From Octopus bimaculoides (Eukaryota): a stretch of 64,000 nt of DNA. The position numbers and the translations under genes are program-made. The first letter of the stretch is position 1, and the number at the start of each line of letters is the position of its first letter. Below the pieces are notes generated by a model. That model was not told where the DNA came from. It saw only the letters and a list, made by a program, of their open reading frames with translations, and made no database searches. The stretch is taken from positions 42,816,501-42,880,500 of the forward strand of contig NC_068984.1 of the NCBI RefSeq assembly GCF_001194135.2, read 5' to 3'. This document shows positions 13,520-27,574 of the stretch, piece by piece.

Positions 13520-13688
13520 TACTTTACAACTGCACATTTTTATTACTTATTGATGCCATTATTTCATTTATTGAGGGTGAGGAGTCTAAGGTGCCAATGA
13601 TAGTTCTTTGTTGCATAATATCAATCACTGTGTCATCCACAACTGATTCATGGTTTAGGAGTTCAGAGAAGTGTTCGATCCAGGATTC
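13520..13688 (-). mobile_element. RTE-clade LINE, inverted fragment of the endonuclease-RT linker
   Basis: The minus strand reads WIEHFSELLNHESVVDDTVIDIMQQRTIIGTLDSSPSINEI, matching the RTE motif W.EHF.eLLN....D....P...E. Confidence 0.7.
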
Positions 13689-14110
13689 CTAAGCAGATGC
13701 TATATGGAGAACTTGTGAATGGAAGGAAGTTCCGGCAGAAACCAAGGCTGCGATTTAAGGACTGTGTCAAGTCCTCATTAAAGGCCTGTGATATGCAGGA
13801 CACTGACTGGGAGAACAATGCCTGTCATCGCCACAGATGGAGGAAGCAGATTAAGGAGGGGATCGACACTTTTGAGAGAGCACATATCCAGCGTGAAGAA
13901 CTTAAGCGAGCTGCGCGAAAGCGCACGGCTCGTATAGTTAATGGGGAAAACTTGGTCTGCAATGTTTGCAGTCGTGTATGCTTGTAAAGAGCAGGGCTCA
14001 TTAGCCACCAACGGAGCCGCAAATGCAAAATAGAAGTTCGTCCTAGAGCGCACAATGTTCCTGAAGGTCAGCAATGGTCTTCCCTGGTCACGAGTGGACA
14101 GCCATCATCA
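13683..14110 (+). mobile_element. RTE-clade LINE 3' end
   Basis: RIPKQMLYGELVNGRK...KPRLRFKDCVKSSLKAC...WENNACHRHRWR...C..C.R.C is the RTE C-terminus; it ends in a gccatcatcat tail. Confidence 0.9.
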
Positions 14111-14169
14111 TGTGTGTATGTATCTGTCTCTTTTATTTTTTAATTATTATTTATCTTCCACTGAAGAGG

Positions 14170-14860
14170 GAGCTGGTTTTCAACAAAGATACAAGGCTTC
14201 ATCTTTAAGATGTACTTAATACAGACAAATTCACATTTGGAACTTGAGAAAAGTCTTACATATTTTCATTGTTCCACTCACAGACTGCACTTGTAATGTA
14301 TGAGTTAACCGGTCGATTTCTCGTTCTGAAAATCTCAGTTTATTCCGGTTCTCCTTTAAGCATTTACTAACAAAACTTAGTGCTCCAGTTATTTTTGGTA
14401 TGAATATGAATTCATAGTCTGGATATAGAAACTGGAGGTTTCGAAGCAGTTGTCCACAGATATCCTCTTTTTCTTTGATTTTCAAAGAAATAGTTATATC
14501 TGCAGGGTAGCTAACCATTATGACGGTACACACCCTTGTCCCAAACAACAATATCCGGCCTGTCATGTTTACATTTGACAGATGTTTTGATGGGAATATT
14601 CCACCAGTATTCCTTCAGTTGGTGTTTATGAATGTATTCCATAAAAGAGAGATTTTCTAAGTTTATTTCAGGGCAGTATTTTTTGCGGATGGCATTGTAA
14701 ATTGTTTTAGCAACAACATCGTGCCTCAAAGGGAGGTAGTACCGTGACGACATTTTAGGACAGCTGCTAATCACATGCGTGATGTCTTCCACAGAAACTT
14801 GACATAGCATACACATGTGGTTGCACATTGAGATTACAAGAGCCTCACTGTCTCTCTTGT
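14170..14860 (-). mobile_element. RLE-type (R4/Dong-like) non-LTR retrotransposon 3' fragment
   Basis: C..CQVSVEDITHVISSC (CCHC), RHDVVAK, WWNIPIKT...DRPDIVVWD (PD-(D/E)xK nuclease), followed by the 3' UTR. Same family as 54280-54600. Confidence 0.85.
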
Positions 14861-16018
14861 TCTCTCTTGTATGCATGTGTGTATGTATGTATGTATGTAT
14901 GTATGCATGTATATATATATATATATATATATGTGTATGTATGTATGCATGTGTGTGTGTGTATGTATATATGTATGTATATCCAATAACTAAATTAATG
15001 TTTAACAAAAATATAGTATTTGAAAGACATAGGCACTGGAGAGAGACACCGGAGAATTAGACCAATTGATAAATTGCATTGCTTTCAGTCACAAAGATGA
15101 AGGAACGGGTCGACTAATTTCGATTTTGTTAAAGGTTTCGTTGAGATTCCTTTCCTTTTATCTGGTTACCGAGATAATGTCTTGTTCTCAGCTGTCCTGT
15201 TGTTTCCAGAAGTAAATGTTTTTTCTTTGATAAAATGTGAATTTTCTTGAATTAATATTCCTTGAGATTATCGCCCGCCACACAGCTTTCTTTTTTCTTT
15301 TTTCTTTCTTTTTTCTTTTTTATTTTAGCGGTTAGCATTAACTGCCTGGAATAAGTTTACTTCCTTTGAAGCCAACAGAGATTGAAAAGTCAATAGTTTG
15401 TTTTGTATGGTATGTACTAAACCGTTTTTCATTGTGTTATCTACATATTAATACGTACGTATGTGTGCACGCGTATGTACGTGGTTGCACACACATGAAC
15501 GCAAACAAACACGCACGCACACACACATACACACACACATGTGGGCCTATGTGTCTGCTTTATATATACGTATGTATGTATATATGTGTGTATGTGCTAG
15601 TATATACTTACATATCCATACATGTACATAGTTATATATCTGTACACGCACTGCTTATATTTATATACATATATGTATGCATTGATATATATATATATGC
15701 ATGTATGAGTGTGTGTTCGTGTATGTGTGTGTGCATGCGGGCGCGTTATTGTGTGTATTGATAATGTCGAAGTATCAACTTACACATTATTAATAAAAGA
15801 TCCATGATCGAATTAATAACATATAACCAATTAATCATTGCATAATATAAGACCAATGACCCTCAACGAAGGTATATGCCTCCATGAACGGAATGGTCGC
15901 TAGTCTTAATATCATTGGGTGATTGATTGTTTCTATTTAACACAGTTATGAGACAGCTAAAAGGATATATTAGGTCATATATTTACAACACATACACACG
16001 CACATGTAAACGCGCGCG

Positions 16019-16057
<39 letters not shown>

Positions 16058-16166
16058 ATATGCATACACACGTACATACATACACACACGTTTTACCTAC
16101 TGTTGAATTGAATATTCTATGTGATAAATTAAGAAACAAGAATCTGTGTTTGTTTGNNNNNNNNNN

Positions 16167-16213
<47 letters not shown>

Positions 16214-17289
16214 CCGTGCCTGCGAGCATGTGTGCGTGTGTGTGTCTGTTTATGCTTGTGTGTGTATATATATGTATGTATGAATGTACATATATATATG
16301 TGTGTGTGTGTATATGCATCTAGGTATGTATATTTATATATATTCATGTATGTACGTATGCATGTGTGTGTATGATTGTGAGTGTATAACTTACCATAGT
16401 TGAATAAACTTGCCTCTTATTCCATGCCATAGGTGAAATTTCAGAATATGCTTCTAATGGGGCCAGAAATGTAATACACATATATCGTAGATTATCACTA
16501 TACTTTTAACTAATTAACGGAATTTTATTTCTGACGTGCTATGTTAAAATACCTAATGGTATTATTTTCCAATTATTTCTTTATTTATTTTTCTAAACGT
16601 GTGGAAGATATATTATATCGTTTATGTAGCTTTGTAAACCAATATTTTTATATTTACTTATAGATGTAATTATATTAACACATCCGTCTCTACAAAGGTT
16701 ATTTTCATAGTTTCTGATATTTTTCATGTGTTCCTTTCTCTTTAAGTGCAGAAATACGGGGTGTGCCATAAACATGACATCAGTTAGCTATTTTATAGCT
16801 ACCGAAACTTTATTTTTAAATTTATTGTATTTAGTTGAATGAGAACAGTCGGTGCCCATGCCCATGTTAGGTCCACAGTAAATTTTGAGATTGATATATG
16901 CAATATTTAGCATAACATTATGTAGGCGGCTAATTGTGTAAAAGATTTTCTGCGGGGGCGCTAGAAATAGCAAAATCTCCTACAGAACATATTCTACCAT
17001 CTTAAAAACCACTGAACACTTTCGTACATTGTATTTGTTAATACCGGGATATTTTCCTCGCGAAAGTCTTTGATACTACGAGGGGATGATGAAAAGCTTC
17101 TGGCTTTTCATAAAAGAAATACAGAGGATCAGTCAATTATGATTTTGTTAAACATATTCCTCTCTCAGATTCACACACTTGGGAGTTTGGGCCTCCAACC
17201 AGGCTTTTCGCGATACGCTTATAGCCAGGAACGTTTCAGCACCCCCTTATGTCTTCTCCCTCAGTTTTGAATTAAATCTCTCCACCGGT

Positions 17290-17360
17290 GATGACAACTA
17301 CGACAACAACAATAACGACGACGAAGACGACGACAACAACAACGACAACGACAACGATAG
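17290..17360. repeat. (GAC/AAC)n trinucleotide repeat
   Basis: Directly visible. Confidence 0.85.
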
Positions 17361-17843
17361 AGCAAAATTGAGTGATAGAGTTCGGTGTTATAGAGTAATA
17401 TAAATGCGAATTGCGAGTGGAAATGAAGCGACATATTGAATTCAATAAGATGCAAATGTTATGCGTTTCGTTAGTTCAAATGAACAGAATCAGCCATAAA
17501 AGAGGTAAAGGAAGCAAAGAAAGAAAACTGTGGAGACTGTGATCCAGTGAATTCAGCGAACTCGTAAGTTAGCTATTCTGGAGGGATTTTCATACAGTAA
17601 ACAGTATTAAAAAGTCATTGTTCTGTGTGTAAGAGCAGTACACGTAAAGATGTGGTGACTACTCTAAAGTTGGTAGCACTTGACATTGGTACGGCTTTGC
17701 AAGTGATCAGTGCCAAACTATTATATTTTTATACTTCACAAAATATTTTGGTGTAAATTTCGCAATGTTGTACATGTATGGTCGGCATGGCATATAAACG
17801 AAGATTTTAAAGTATTATACATACAAACATCTATATATGCTTG

Positions 17844-17951
<108 letters not shown>

Positions 17952-18491
17952 TTCATAGACATGGATGTATGTGCATGTGTATAAGTAAACACTCATACAA
18001 ACATACACAAACACACACATATACGCAAACACATGCATACACATCACGTGCGCGCACACACACGCATATACAAACACACATATATTACTAGTTTACTAGT
18101 TCCACCCAGATTCTTTGTGCCATGGCGGGAAGGGAGATGTTCTTGTGCGAATTTATTTCATTCATGTTATTTTCTAAGGGTAACGAAGTTAATGTGGTTT
18201 CGTCTCAAAATTGAAATCGGATTACGTTTCGTTTTCATCGAAAACCACCAGCACCAACATTAACATCCACAAGTGAATAAGTGTATATATATATATCTGC
18301 GCTTCCGTATGTGTGTAATTGTATATAGATTCTCATACGAACACGTTTACATACATACATCCAAATACTCATGCACATATACACACACAAACACACATAT
18401 ATATTCTGATGTACGTACATATTTGTATATACGTGTGTATGCATGCGTGTATAGATGTCCATTCTTATTTACAAATATACATACATATAAA

Positions 18492-18539
<48 letters not shown>

Positions 18540-18844
18540 TATATATATGTATGTATTTGTACATACAAACAAGTATGCGGGAAAAGCGAGGGATTGAGAG
18601 ATTAGCAGAGAAAGGAGAAAGGGGAATTGCATTTCGGCCATATTGAATCTCTTAAATGTGTTACTCCATTTTATTCGTTATTTTGCTATAATTCAGAATA
18701 TCACTTTCTAATGATGCATAATGTCGGCTTAGAAAATACATTTATGCAAGAGTAGTACGGGAAACGCGTTATTACATATCGGCTTTCGTGGTAGTAGAGT
18801 ACGATAATTAGCATAGGACTGTAGGAAAAGTAGTATTATCTTAA

Positions 18845-18896
18845 CTTTATCATCGTCATTATCATCATCACTATCACCACCACCACTACCACCACC

Positions 18897-18967
<71 letters not shown>

Positions 18968-19010
18968 AATCATTATCATCACCATCTACATCACCATCAT
19001 CATCGTCATT
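18845..19010. repeat. (CAT)n/(CAC)n trinucleotide microsatellite
   Basis: Directly visible; source of the poly-D/G ORF 18729-19013. Confidence 0.95.
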
Positions 19011-20495
19011 CACGTCCTCTTAATTTTTCTACCAATACTAATTCTTTCTAATTTTAACACAAGGACAGCAATTTTTAGAGGGAGGTGTCAAGTTGATTAC
19101 TTTAATCTATCAATGCCGTAATTAGGAAAAGCAAAGCCGTACTTTGGAATACTCGTATGAAAATTTTTATTCTCATATTTGCTCTCATTTGGAAGTGTTA
19201 GTGTAGAACAAAAGAAAATCCTCTTGTAATTGAAAGAGACTTGACATGGTCTCTATTTAGTAGATCACCTCATACCAAATGAGAGAATATAATCTGATTC
19301 TTATATCACCAAGAGTTATGATATATTGCTTAGTAAAAACATTCATAGGAATATTTGTATATTGGTAAAATACATTTATATAGCAATAACTTTTATTTGT
19401 AGAATGATGTATGGGGATTCCGTTAACCTTTTTAGTTATTGACTTTCGAAAGCATAATCTTCCGTTGTTTATAGGAAGTTGTGTCAAAGACAAATATTGT
19501 GTGAAGGTTAAAATACGACATGAATGTGAAAGCGTGTAACCCTTGTGATCAAGGTCTTTGTCTCCTGATCATAAAGTCGTGATTTTTAATTCTCTGACCA
19601 GAATGGGCGGCGTGTTGTTTTTCTTGATAAACTTTCTCCAATTTACTTAACTATAACGAGTACTACAAGTGTACAGTTATAGACATTTCTCCTTCCAGCT
19701 ATCAAATCCTGGGTGAAGAACGCTTGAGATTTATCTATGCTGGCAACTACAGAGTCGCTTAAAAGAAATAACAAACACATGGTACATACTCCTAAGACAT
19801 GCTGGGTCTCAAGTATCAGCTGACTGAGCAGGACTTATTAATGTAGCTCACATTTGTGCATGTATAACTTGGCAGCAATTAATTTAAGTATAGCAAACGT
19901 CATAGAAAATTGATATAGATTATTTGAGATTAATATTTATTTCTACAAGGCTACTTATTTAGTCTTCAAGTGTTTCTATATTGCATAGTTGTCTCTTATG
20001 GACTTTACCTACGTCGGTTTACATAATTTCAGCTTCTTTCAGAAATATTATTTCACAAATCACAGTAGTTGTTTAATAATCGACTTAACAATACAAAATT
20101 AATATGATATTGTGCAGAACTGTGCATAAAATCCAAAGTAACAACTGTATTTTTTTAACAATATGACATTATGCAAATTAAAGAATGTCTCTCTTATCCT
20201 ACATGTAATTGCTATAACTGCAATGTACACAGGCACTTCTGTAAGACGTTGACAAATTGCCTAATGTATACAGGCAATTGACAAATTGCCTGTGTACACG
20301 ACGTTGACAAATTGCCTATAAGGATAGACATAGGCGCATTCCAGAAAATTGCATTATTGAGATCTTGTTTGGGTTTTCTTATATAACATTTGAGACTGGC
20401 CATTTTATGTATATTTTCCAAGATTATTATTGATATAAGAAAGAAAACTATGTATTTATCAAACCACGAGCAGTAATAATAATAACAATAACAAC

Positions 20496-20527
<32 letters not shown>

Positions 20528-20534
20528 TTTCGGT

Positions 20535-20950
20535 TTGAATGGGGGATAAATCGATTACATTGACTCCAGTGATCAACTGATACTTATTTTATCGACCACG
20601 AAAGGATGAAAGGCAAAGCCGAACTCGGCGGAATTTGAACTCAAAACATGGAGACAGACAAAATGCTGCTAAGCATTTTGCTCGGCATGCTCACGATTGT
20701 GCCAGCTCTCCACTTTAGTATTATTAATAATAATAATAGTTTCATATTTCGGCACAAAGCCAGCAATTTCGGGGAGGGGGTTATGTCGAATATATCTACC
20801 CCTGCGCTTAACTGGTACTTATTTTCTCGACGTCGAAGGGACAAAAGGCAAAGTCAACCCCGGTGGAATGTGAACTCAGAACGTAAAACGGACGAACTGA
20901 CACTAAGCATTTTTCCCAGCGTGCTAACGACTCTGCCAGCCCACCGCCTG
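20535..20950 (-). mobile_element. Two tandem SINE family B copies (about 20535-20712 and 20745-20950)
   Basis: Both match the reverse complement of the family consensus and are separated by (TAA)n. Confidence 0.85.
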
Positions 20951-20964
20951 AATATAGTCACATA

Positions 20965-21712
20965 CACAATCAATTCCATGTAGCCACAAAAGAAATTGCT
21001 GGAAAGCATAAGTGGGATTGGCTGAAGAAAGGAACACTGGTAAAAGAGACTGAGAGCACTATACCTGCAGTGCAAGGCCAAGCTTTGACCACGAATTGGA
21101 ATGTCAACCTTAGGAATGATCAGGTGTCTCTACTGTCTCTACTGCCTATATCCCGACCGAATGCCCTGGACTTGCCCAAACTACTACAAGTTGTGGCGAA
21201 ACGATGAGGTAGCGAAAGTGCTACACTGGAGACTGCGAAAAGTGAAGGCTAGGGAGAGGCAAGACGTGGTATGAGCACAAACTGCAGAATTGCAGAGTCG
21301 GAGACTTGCAAGATTCTCTTGGATTTCCCAATCCAAGCAAACCAGGTGCTAGAGCACAACAGACCGGACCTAGTGGTGGTCAACAAGATGCAGTCAAGAA
21401 GGAAGGCGAAAAAGTCGAAAAATACAACTCTCTTAAGTACGAAATAGCCCGACTATGGAAAATGAAGAATGTGAAGATAGTGCCAATTATTGTTTGGTCC
21501 GTGGGACATTATCCAAAGGCATCAAAAGGAATATAAAGGAAATAGGAATACACTTCCTATTATAACTGTTGCGAAAGGTTTGCTTCCTTGGTATAGCCAG
21601 AATGATTAAGAAAGTATTAAGATAGTTGAAGAGAACAGATACCATGGTACCGTAGGCAGCAGGCAGCAAACCTGCTACGCATCCAGGAGTTCCAACAAAA
21701 CCTGAGATAAAG
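20965..21712 (+). mobile_element. R4/Dong-like non-LTR retrotransposon, 5'-truncated and decayed, ending in (TAA)n
   Basis: KWDWLKKGTLVKETESTI.AVQ.QAL, VLEHNRPDLVVV, KVEKYNSLKYEIARLWKMKNVKIVPII. The 3' UTR catggtaccgtaggc... is shared with 63265-63345. Confidence 0.85.
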
Positions 21713-21753
21713 ATAATAATAATGATAATAATAATAATAATAATAATAATAAT

Positions 21754-21821
<68 letters not shown>

Positions 21822-21835
21822 TAATAATAATAATT
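21713..21835. repeat. (TAA)n microsatellite
   Basis: Directly visible; lies between two R4-like fragments. Confidence 0.95.
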
Positions 21836-21839
21836 CGCT

Positions 21840-22760
21840 ACTGATCTCTTAGATACCCATCAGCTTGATCAGATTGAAGGGAAATGCGCCAACTGCTGCT
21901 GCAAAGAAAATAAAATTAGTTGCAAAAACAAAAGCACATGAAAAATTAGCTAGCAGATGGGAACAGAAACCTCTGCATGGCATGTATGTGGCCGTAGCAA
22001 ACAAGCTGATGTCGACCAGAAATACACGAGTCAGTGGTTACGAAGCTCAGGGCTAAAAGCAGTGAATGTTTCATATTAGTTGCTTACGACCAAAGCTTAT
22101 TAACCCGGAACTACCAAGCCAATGTGATAAAAAATGGAGCTGACCCAAAATGCCGATTCTGTAACGATTAGATTGAAACTATAGACCACCTAATCTCATG
22201 GTGTAGAGTCTTAGCACCTGTAGAATATAAAGCAAGACATGACAGAGTCGGCCAGTATTTACACTGGACAATATGTCGGCATTATAAAATCAAAACCGCT
22301 GACAAATGGTATAAACACCATCCTGAAGCTGTGATTGAAGGAGAAAATGTATCGATTCTCTGGGACTTCCCCGTACATACCGACAAAACTATAAAAGCAA
22401 ATAAACCGGATATTACTATAAATGACCAGACAAAGATGTGTTTATTAATTGACATGTTTACCCCGTGCGATTATAATATAGCTGCGAAAGAATTTGACAA
22501 GATCAGTAAATATAAAGACTTGCTAATAGAAATTGAAAAAATGTGGCATCTCAAAGTGACTACCGTACCAGTTATTGTAGGATCTCTAGGAATGATAAAA
22601 AAGGGTACTGAAACTTATTTGAAAACGATACCAGGTTTACCATCCCCGCAGGAAGTGCAAAAGATCGTATTAACTGGAGCGACTCATGTACTGAGAAGAG
22701 CATTATCGCTGTGAAAACAACATCCATTCATGAATTTATTTATTTATTATTTTTTTTTAA
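21840..22760 (+). mobile_element. R4/Dong-like non-LTR retrotransposon 3' fragment (CCHC + RLE domain)
   Basis: RWEQKPLHG, CRFC...ETIDHLIS.C, RHDRVGQYLHW, ILWDFPVHTDKTIKANKPDI, KEFDKISKYKDL...VPVIVGSLG...LRRALSL*. Confidence 0.92.
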
Positions 22761-24442
22761 ATACATATTTTACCTGTGAATTTGCGTGTGTAAACTCGGA
22801 ATGCATACAATGAGCTTCAGTCCCCTTCTTCCATTGGCTCTCTTCACGTATAGGAGATCAGTATCTGCTCTTGGATGATGGGCTCCATGCAACGTTAAGA
22901 GCTTTCTCCCTTGCGACCAGCAAGATTCTTTTTGTTAATCAGTTACGTTATTTTCAGTCCAAATACACCTACAGTCTATTTTATCTTTAAATTTTTCAAG
23001 GGTCAATGAAATAACCAGTCAAGTATTGGCATTAATTAGATCTATCAAACTCAAACCGTGTTGTACTATGCTTCGTTACAATCATTTAATATAAGAAAAC
23101 GTTGAGATGATATAAAATTAAGCAACGAAAATATACTACCAAATCAGTAGTCAACATTTATTTTAATTTTCCCAAAGAGGGATGAAATAGCTTTATTATC
23201 ACCAAAATATAATGTTCAAAATTATTCATATGAAAAGAGTTAATTGGAGAATAAAAAAGGTTAGTCTTTATCTATTATTGGTGGATTAGAACTGAGTAAC
23301 TTTCAGTTCAAATGTATGAATCATTTTATTATTAGTCACAGTGTTATATTTAAATGCTCACCTTACACAAAACATGGGGCAACAACATAGCGTCACGCAA
23401 GTAGTAAGCACGCGCATATATTCATTGACTCAAACGCGTACATACATAAACGCACAGACATACTTAGATACAACTCTAAAAATAAAATCCTATAACATGT
23501 GGCTTGCAAAATGTTTTGCTTCCAATATTTTCCCTTATTATTAATGGGCATTTCGCAAATAACTTAACGTAGTATGAATAGTCTATCATCAACGTGGCAA
23601 AGAAAAATAAAACAACTTATACATGAAAAATTTTTTAAAAACTATTGAAAATCCAAAGTATATTTAATATTTTATATTTTAATATTTGTCCAATAATCTT
23701 GTTCATAGCGAAAATTAAACCTCTGGCTTTTCATTTATAATTTGTAAAAGAAAGCGAAATCATTGGTTGATATTTAGGTTGATTTTTATTTGAAAATACT
23801 CTATATAATAGTAACAATTTTTTGTTGAGAGCAAGCTAGCAGAATTTAGATATTTATAACATGACTGAATCTGTTGAGTTCAGAATAATTGTATAGATGT
23901 ATAGAAGAGAAATAAGTATTAAAATAGAAATATGAGACAGAAATACATCACCGTGCAAAGTTTCGCCTAAAAATGTCGACTGCAATTAATACAGACATAA
24001 CTTTAATAGCGTCTATTTGTTTCGTGTTGATTTTGGTTGTTTCCTTCGTTATTCGTAATTCTTTAATAGAACAACGAATAAGCGTACAATCACGTACACC
24101 TAGTCATAAAGATATTTCTGTAGTTTAATACATAGTAATATGCAATAAATTCTATAATGAAGTTGAGGACGTTTTCTTTTCTTTTTCTATATCTACTGAT
24201 TTTTGACATGGTTCTATATTTAGGTTCGTAATAGGCATTTTAAATGTTGGAGAGAAATTCATACTTGATTTATTTGACAAATATTTATAGTGATGTAGTT
24301 TTTATTCGTAAGTTAAATTTTAAAGCCGAATTTGTCGAGAAGTGTGAAATAGAGAGAATTTTTTTTCCATATTTCACGATATCATAAGTACATTTCAGAC
24401 AAGACCATTTTGCAGTCTGTGGATGAAAGAAACCGGTGTACA

Positions 24443-24512
<70 letters not shown>

Positions 24513-24633
24513 TTAGCTGCCAGAAAAGACAATTATATCGATAGAAATCATGCGTAATTATAATATATACACCTTGATTGATTTTTTTTATGAAGCTTCT
24601 ATAATACGCAGTTACACACACACATGTTTTATG

Positions 24634-24636
<3 letters not shown>

Positions 24637-24703
<67 letters not shown>

Positions 24704-24705
24704 TG
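24637..24705. repeat. (GATA)n microsatellite
   Basis: Directly visible. Confidence 0.95.
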
Positions 24706-24719
24706 ATAGACTTCAGTAG

Positions 24720-24830
24720 TTGGCGTACATTAAATTCTACTCAAAGTATTCATGACCCAAGTTGCTGCACGATGGGGTCAAACCCGAAGCCACACGGTTC
24801 TAAAGCGAACATTTTAATCACAATGCCATA
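24720..24830 (-). mobile_element. Degenerate SINE family C head
   Basis: cccaagttgctgcacgatggggtcaaacccgaagccacacggtt resembles the family C head. Confidence 0.55.
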
Positions 24831-25674
24831 CCTAATATTATGGTGTTCTGGTTAGTGATATGAGAATAAAAGATCGGCATTTATTCTTATTATTCTTATT
24901 CTAGTTATTAGAAATCTTCATCAAAATAATATTTTGCTTAAATATCAGATTTCTCATATATATGAGGGAAAAGAATGAGATGTTTCGACACTCATTCTGA
25001 CGTCAGGAAGGGTGTTTGGCGATTTTGTTTGTTTGTTAGTTTGTTTGTTTATTATTTTTAGAATAAAGTATAAAATAGGCATAAAATCGGGAAACAGGAA
25101 TTTTGAAAGAAATAACTTTCAAGATGCATAAAATTTTATAGATTATTTTCAGTATAAATAACAGAGTTACTGTGTCAGATTTAGCGAAGACCACAAGGAA
25201 TTAATTATTAGTAATAACAATTTTTATGACTTCAATAGTGATCAGAGTTTTGTATCATAAACCTCAAATATGCTCAAAATTGGAAAATGACGCTGGCATC
25301 CTGGTTTATCTATATATCTTTTTAATAAGGATTCAAACAGTTTGCAAACTTACAAAAACATTTTTCCGTCATGAATTAAAGATTAACGTATCTGAACGAT
25401 AATTATGCTTCAATTTCCGGTTGAGCCATTTTACTTAAATTACTTCTTTAATATAGTTGGGAGGGTTATAAAATGCAGTCAATCCTATTTCCACATTTAT
25501 ATAAATTTGAAGCATTCTACCTCTGTAAACACTACATTTTTCTTTCTTTATCATGTAATCCTAAGAGTAATACTATCGTCATTACTTATGATCTTAGTTT
25601 AAATCTGACACTTCTATGCAGTCGCGCGACCTGTTAGCATTAGTAGCCAAATTTCCCCGAAATAATAGTTTCAA

Positions 25675-25870
25675 ATTTTAGCACAAAGTCAGCAGTTTCA
25701 GGAAAGGGGTAAATCAGCTAAATCGACCCAGTGTTCAACTGCTAGTGTACCCCGAAAGGATGAAGGGCAAAGTCAACGTCGACGGAATTTGAATTCAGAA
25801 CATAAAGACGGACAAAATATTGCTAAGCATTTTGATCAGCGTACTAACGAATCTACTATCTTGCAGCTTT
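25675..25870 (-). mobile_element. SINE family B
   Basis: Reverse-complement core cccgaaaggatgaagggcaaagtcaac...ggaatttgaattcagaa. Confidence 0.8.
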
Positions 25871-27328
25871 TAATATCCCTGAAATAATAACTGTCTTTGA
25901 CAAACGACACATTAACTAGCGTGGTCCTAATTACACTATGTCTGATAAAAAAAAAAAACATGGTCATCGTTATGACGTCTCTGTTCATAAGTTTGCTTGA
26001 TTAAAGATGAACTAGACCGAAACAAAGACCTAATGTTTTATATTATCTCACTTAGTATTAAAAAGTTTAAGAGTCAGTATTATCCCTAGAATCTCGAAAA
26101 ATAATTTGCTTGTAAGGTTCAGTATAGTAAAGTGATATGATCGTTTCAATTACCCACAGTTCACTTAGAAAAATGTGAACCTGACTGCTTCAGTGGTAAG
26201 AGCTTTATATTTACAATCCTCAGTCCCACCCTCCTTCGTTCTTCCCCATAACAAATATCTCTTGCATAAGCGTTTCTGGAGTGAGTGGTGATAAAATGAA
26301 ATATTGCGGGGGTTTTATAGCTGGAAAAAAAACATACGAGAAAAGTATCATAAATTTTATTTTATCATTATTTGTATTTCTGAGGGTACTCAGGGGCTCT
26401 AAAAGTTCTTTTATTACTCGCATTTTAGTTTAAATGTCGCACTGCACAAACGGGGTTGTACCAGAAATGGAAGCTGTAATCTGGCAATGTGGGCTATGAC
26501 AGTTAGTTGATAACAATATATTTTAGTCATTACATTATACTTGAAGAGTAGAGAAATTGGCACCTCCCACTAGCAAGATCTTTTGGATTTAATATAAGGG
26601 ATTTGCCCGTTAATTCAGACGGGATTTAACAGGTAAGAATTCATATAAAATCCAAACGCAAAGTTTTCGGAATGCTACAGCTTTAATACTCGAAAATAAT
26701 TACATTGCACTTCAATGAATTGAAAGATAGCTGAAGTAATTGGTAGTTTACAAGATTCGTATATACCCTAAAACATCAAGTCAAATATAAGCAACAAATT
26801 GACGATAAGTATCAGGGCAGAATGATTTACTATATTGTATTAGATCCCCTCACCCTCGGCATTGATTACAAGATCAATCTTCGTCAGCTTTGAAACGGTC
26901 TTCAGGAATACTCTCTATCTAAATTATTGCAGAATCTGGACAAAATCCTTTGCTGTACATAGTTACCGCCATCTATAGTCCGTAATCAGATACCAATTCC
27001 GCATATCTGCCAATTCACATTAATACTAGATCCATACTGTTTGGGCTTGTGACCCACATTTTGTGGTTGGTATGCTAGAATCAGTGAGCTACACTCATCA
27101 CATTCAGGTATCCAGCATTAAGTGATAACTTTATTAACTAAGCATGATTTATCCCAACAATCTGACAGATTTTTGTTCTATGAAGGCGTTTTCTGCATAA
27201 ATATGTGCGATCCAACAAGGGACCACCAAATGGACACTGCACCAGTCAAATAGCATTCAAAATGTTAGCTAAATCAAACATTGACTCATCACATGAAACA
27301 AGACGTGATAAAGACAACTGCAACGGCC

Positions 27329-27369
<41 letters not shown>

Positions 27370-27392
27370 GTATGTATATGTATATATATATA

Positions 27393-27570
27393 CAGGGATT
27401 GGACAATATAATGGAAACACCTTAAAATTTCAAACAAATTCATTTTAATATGGGGTAGGACCGCCTTTGGCAGTAACTACAGCTTGAATTCTACGAGGTA
27501 TGGACTCGTACAAAGTTTGAATTGTTTCCAAAGGAATTTCTGTCCATTTTTCAGTTAAAACAGGCTTAGA
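27393..27570 (-). mobile_element. Tc1-like transposon terminal fragment (transposase C-terminus + TIR)
   Basis: The minus strand encodes LETIQTLYESIPRRIQAVVTAKGGPTPY*, followed by the TIR ggtgtttccattatattgtccaatccctg|TA. Confidence 0.85.
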
Positions 27571-27574
27571 ATAT

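Noticed and set aside
24973-24997. Hairpin gaatgagatgt-ttcg-acactcattc with a UUCG loop
   Set aside because: Short and bulged, lacking the C-G closing pair, with no supporting context. The 12-bp hairpin at 37565-37596 was rejected for the same lack of context.
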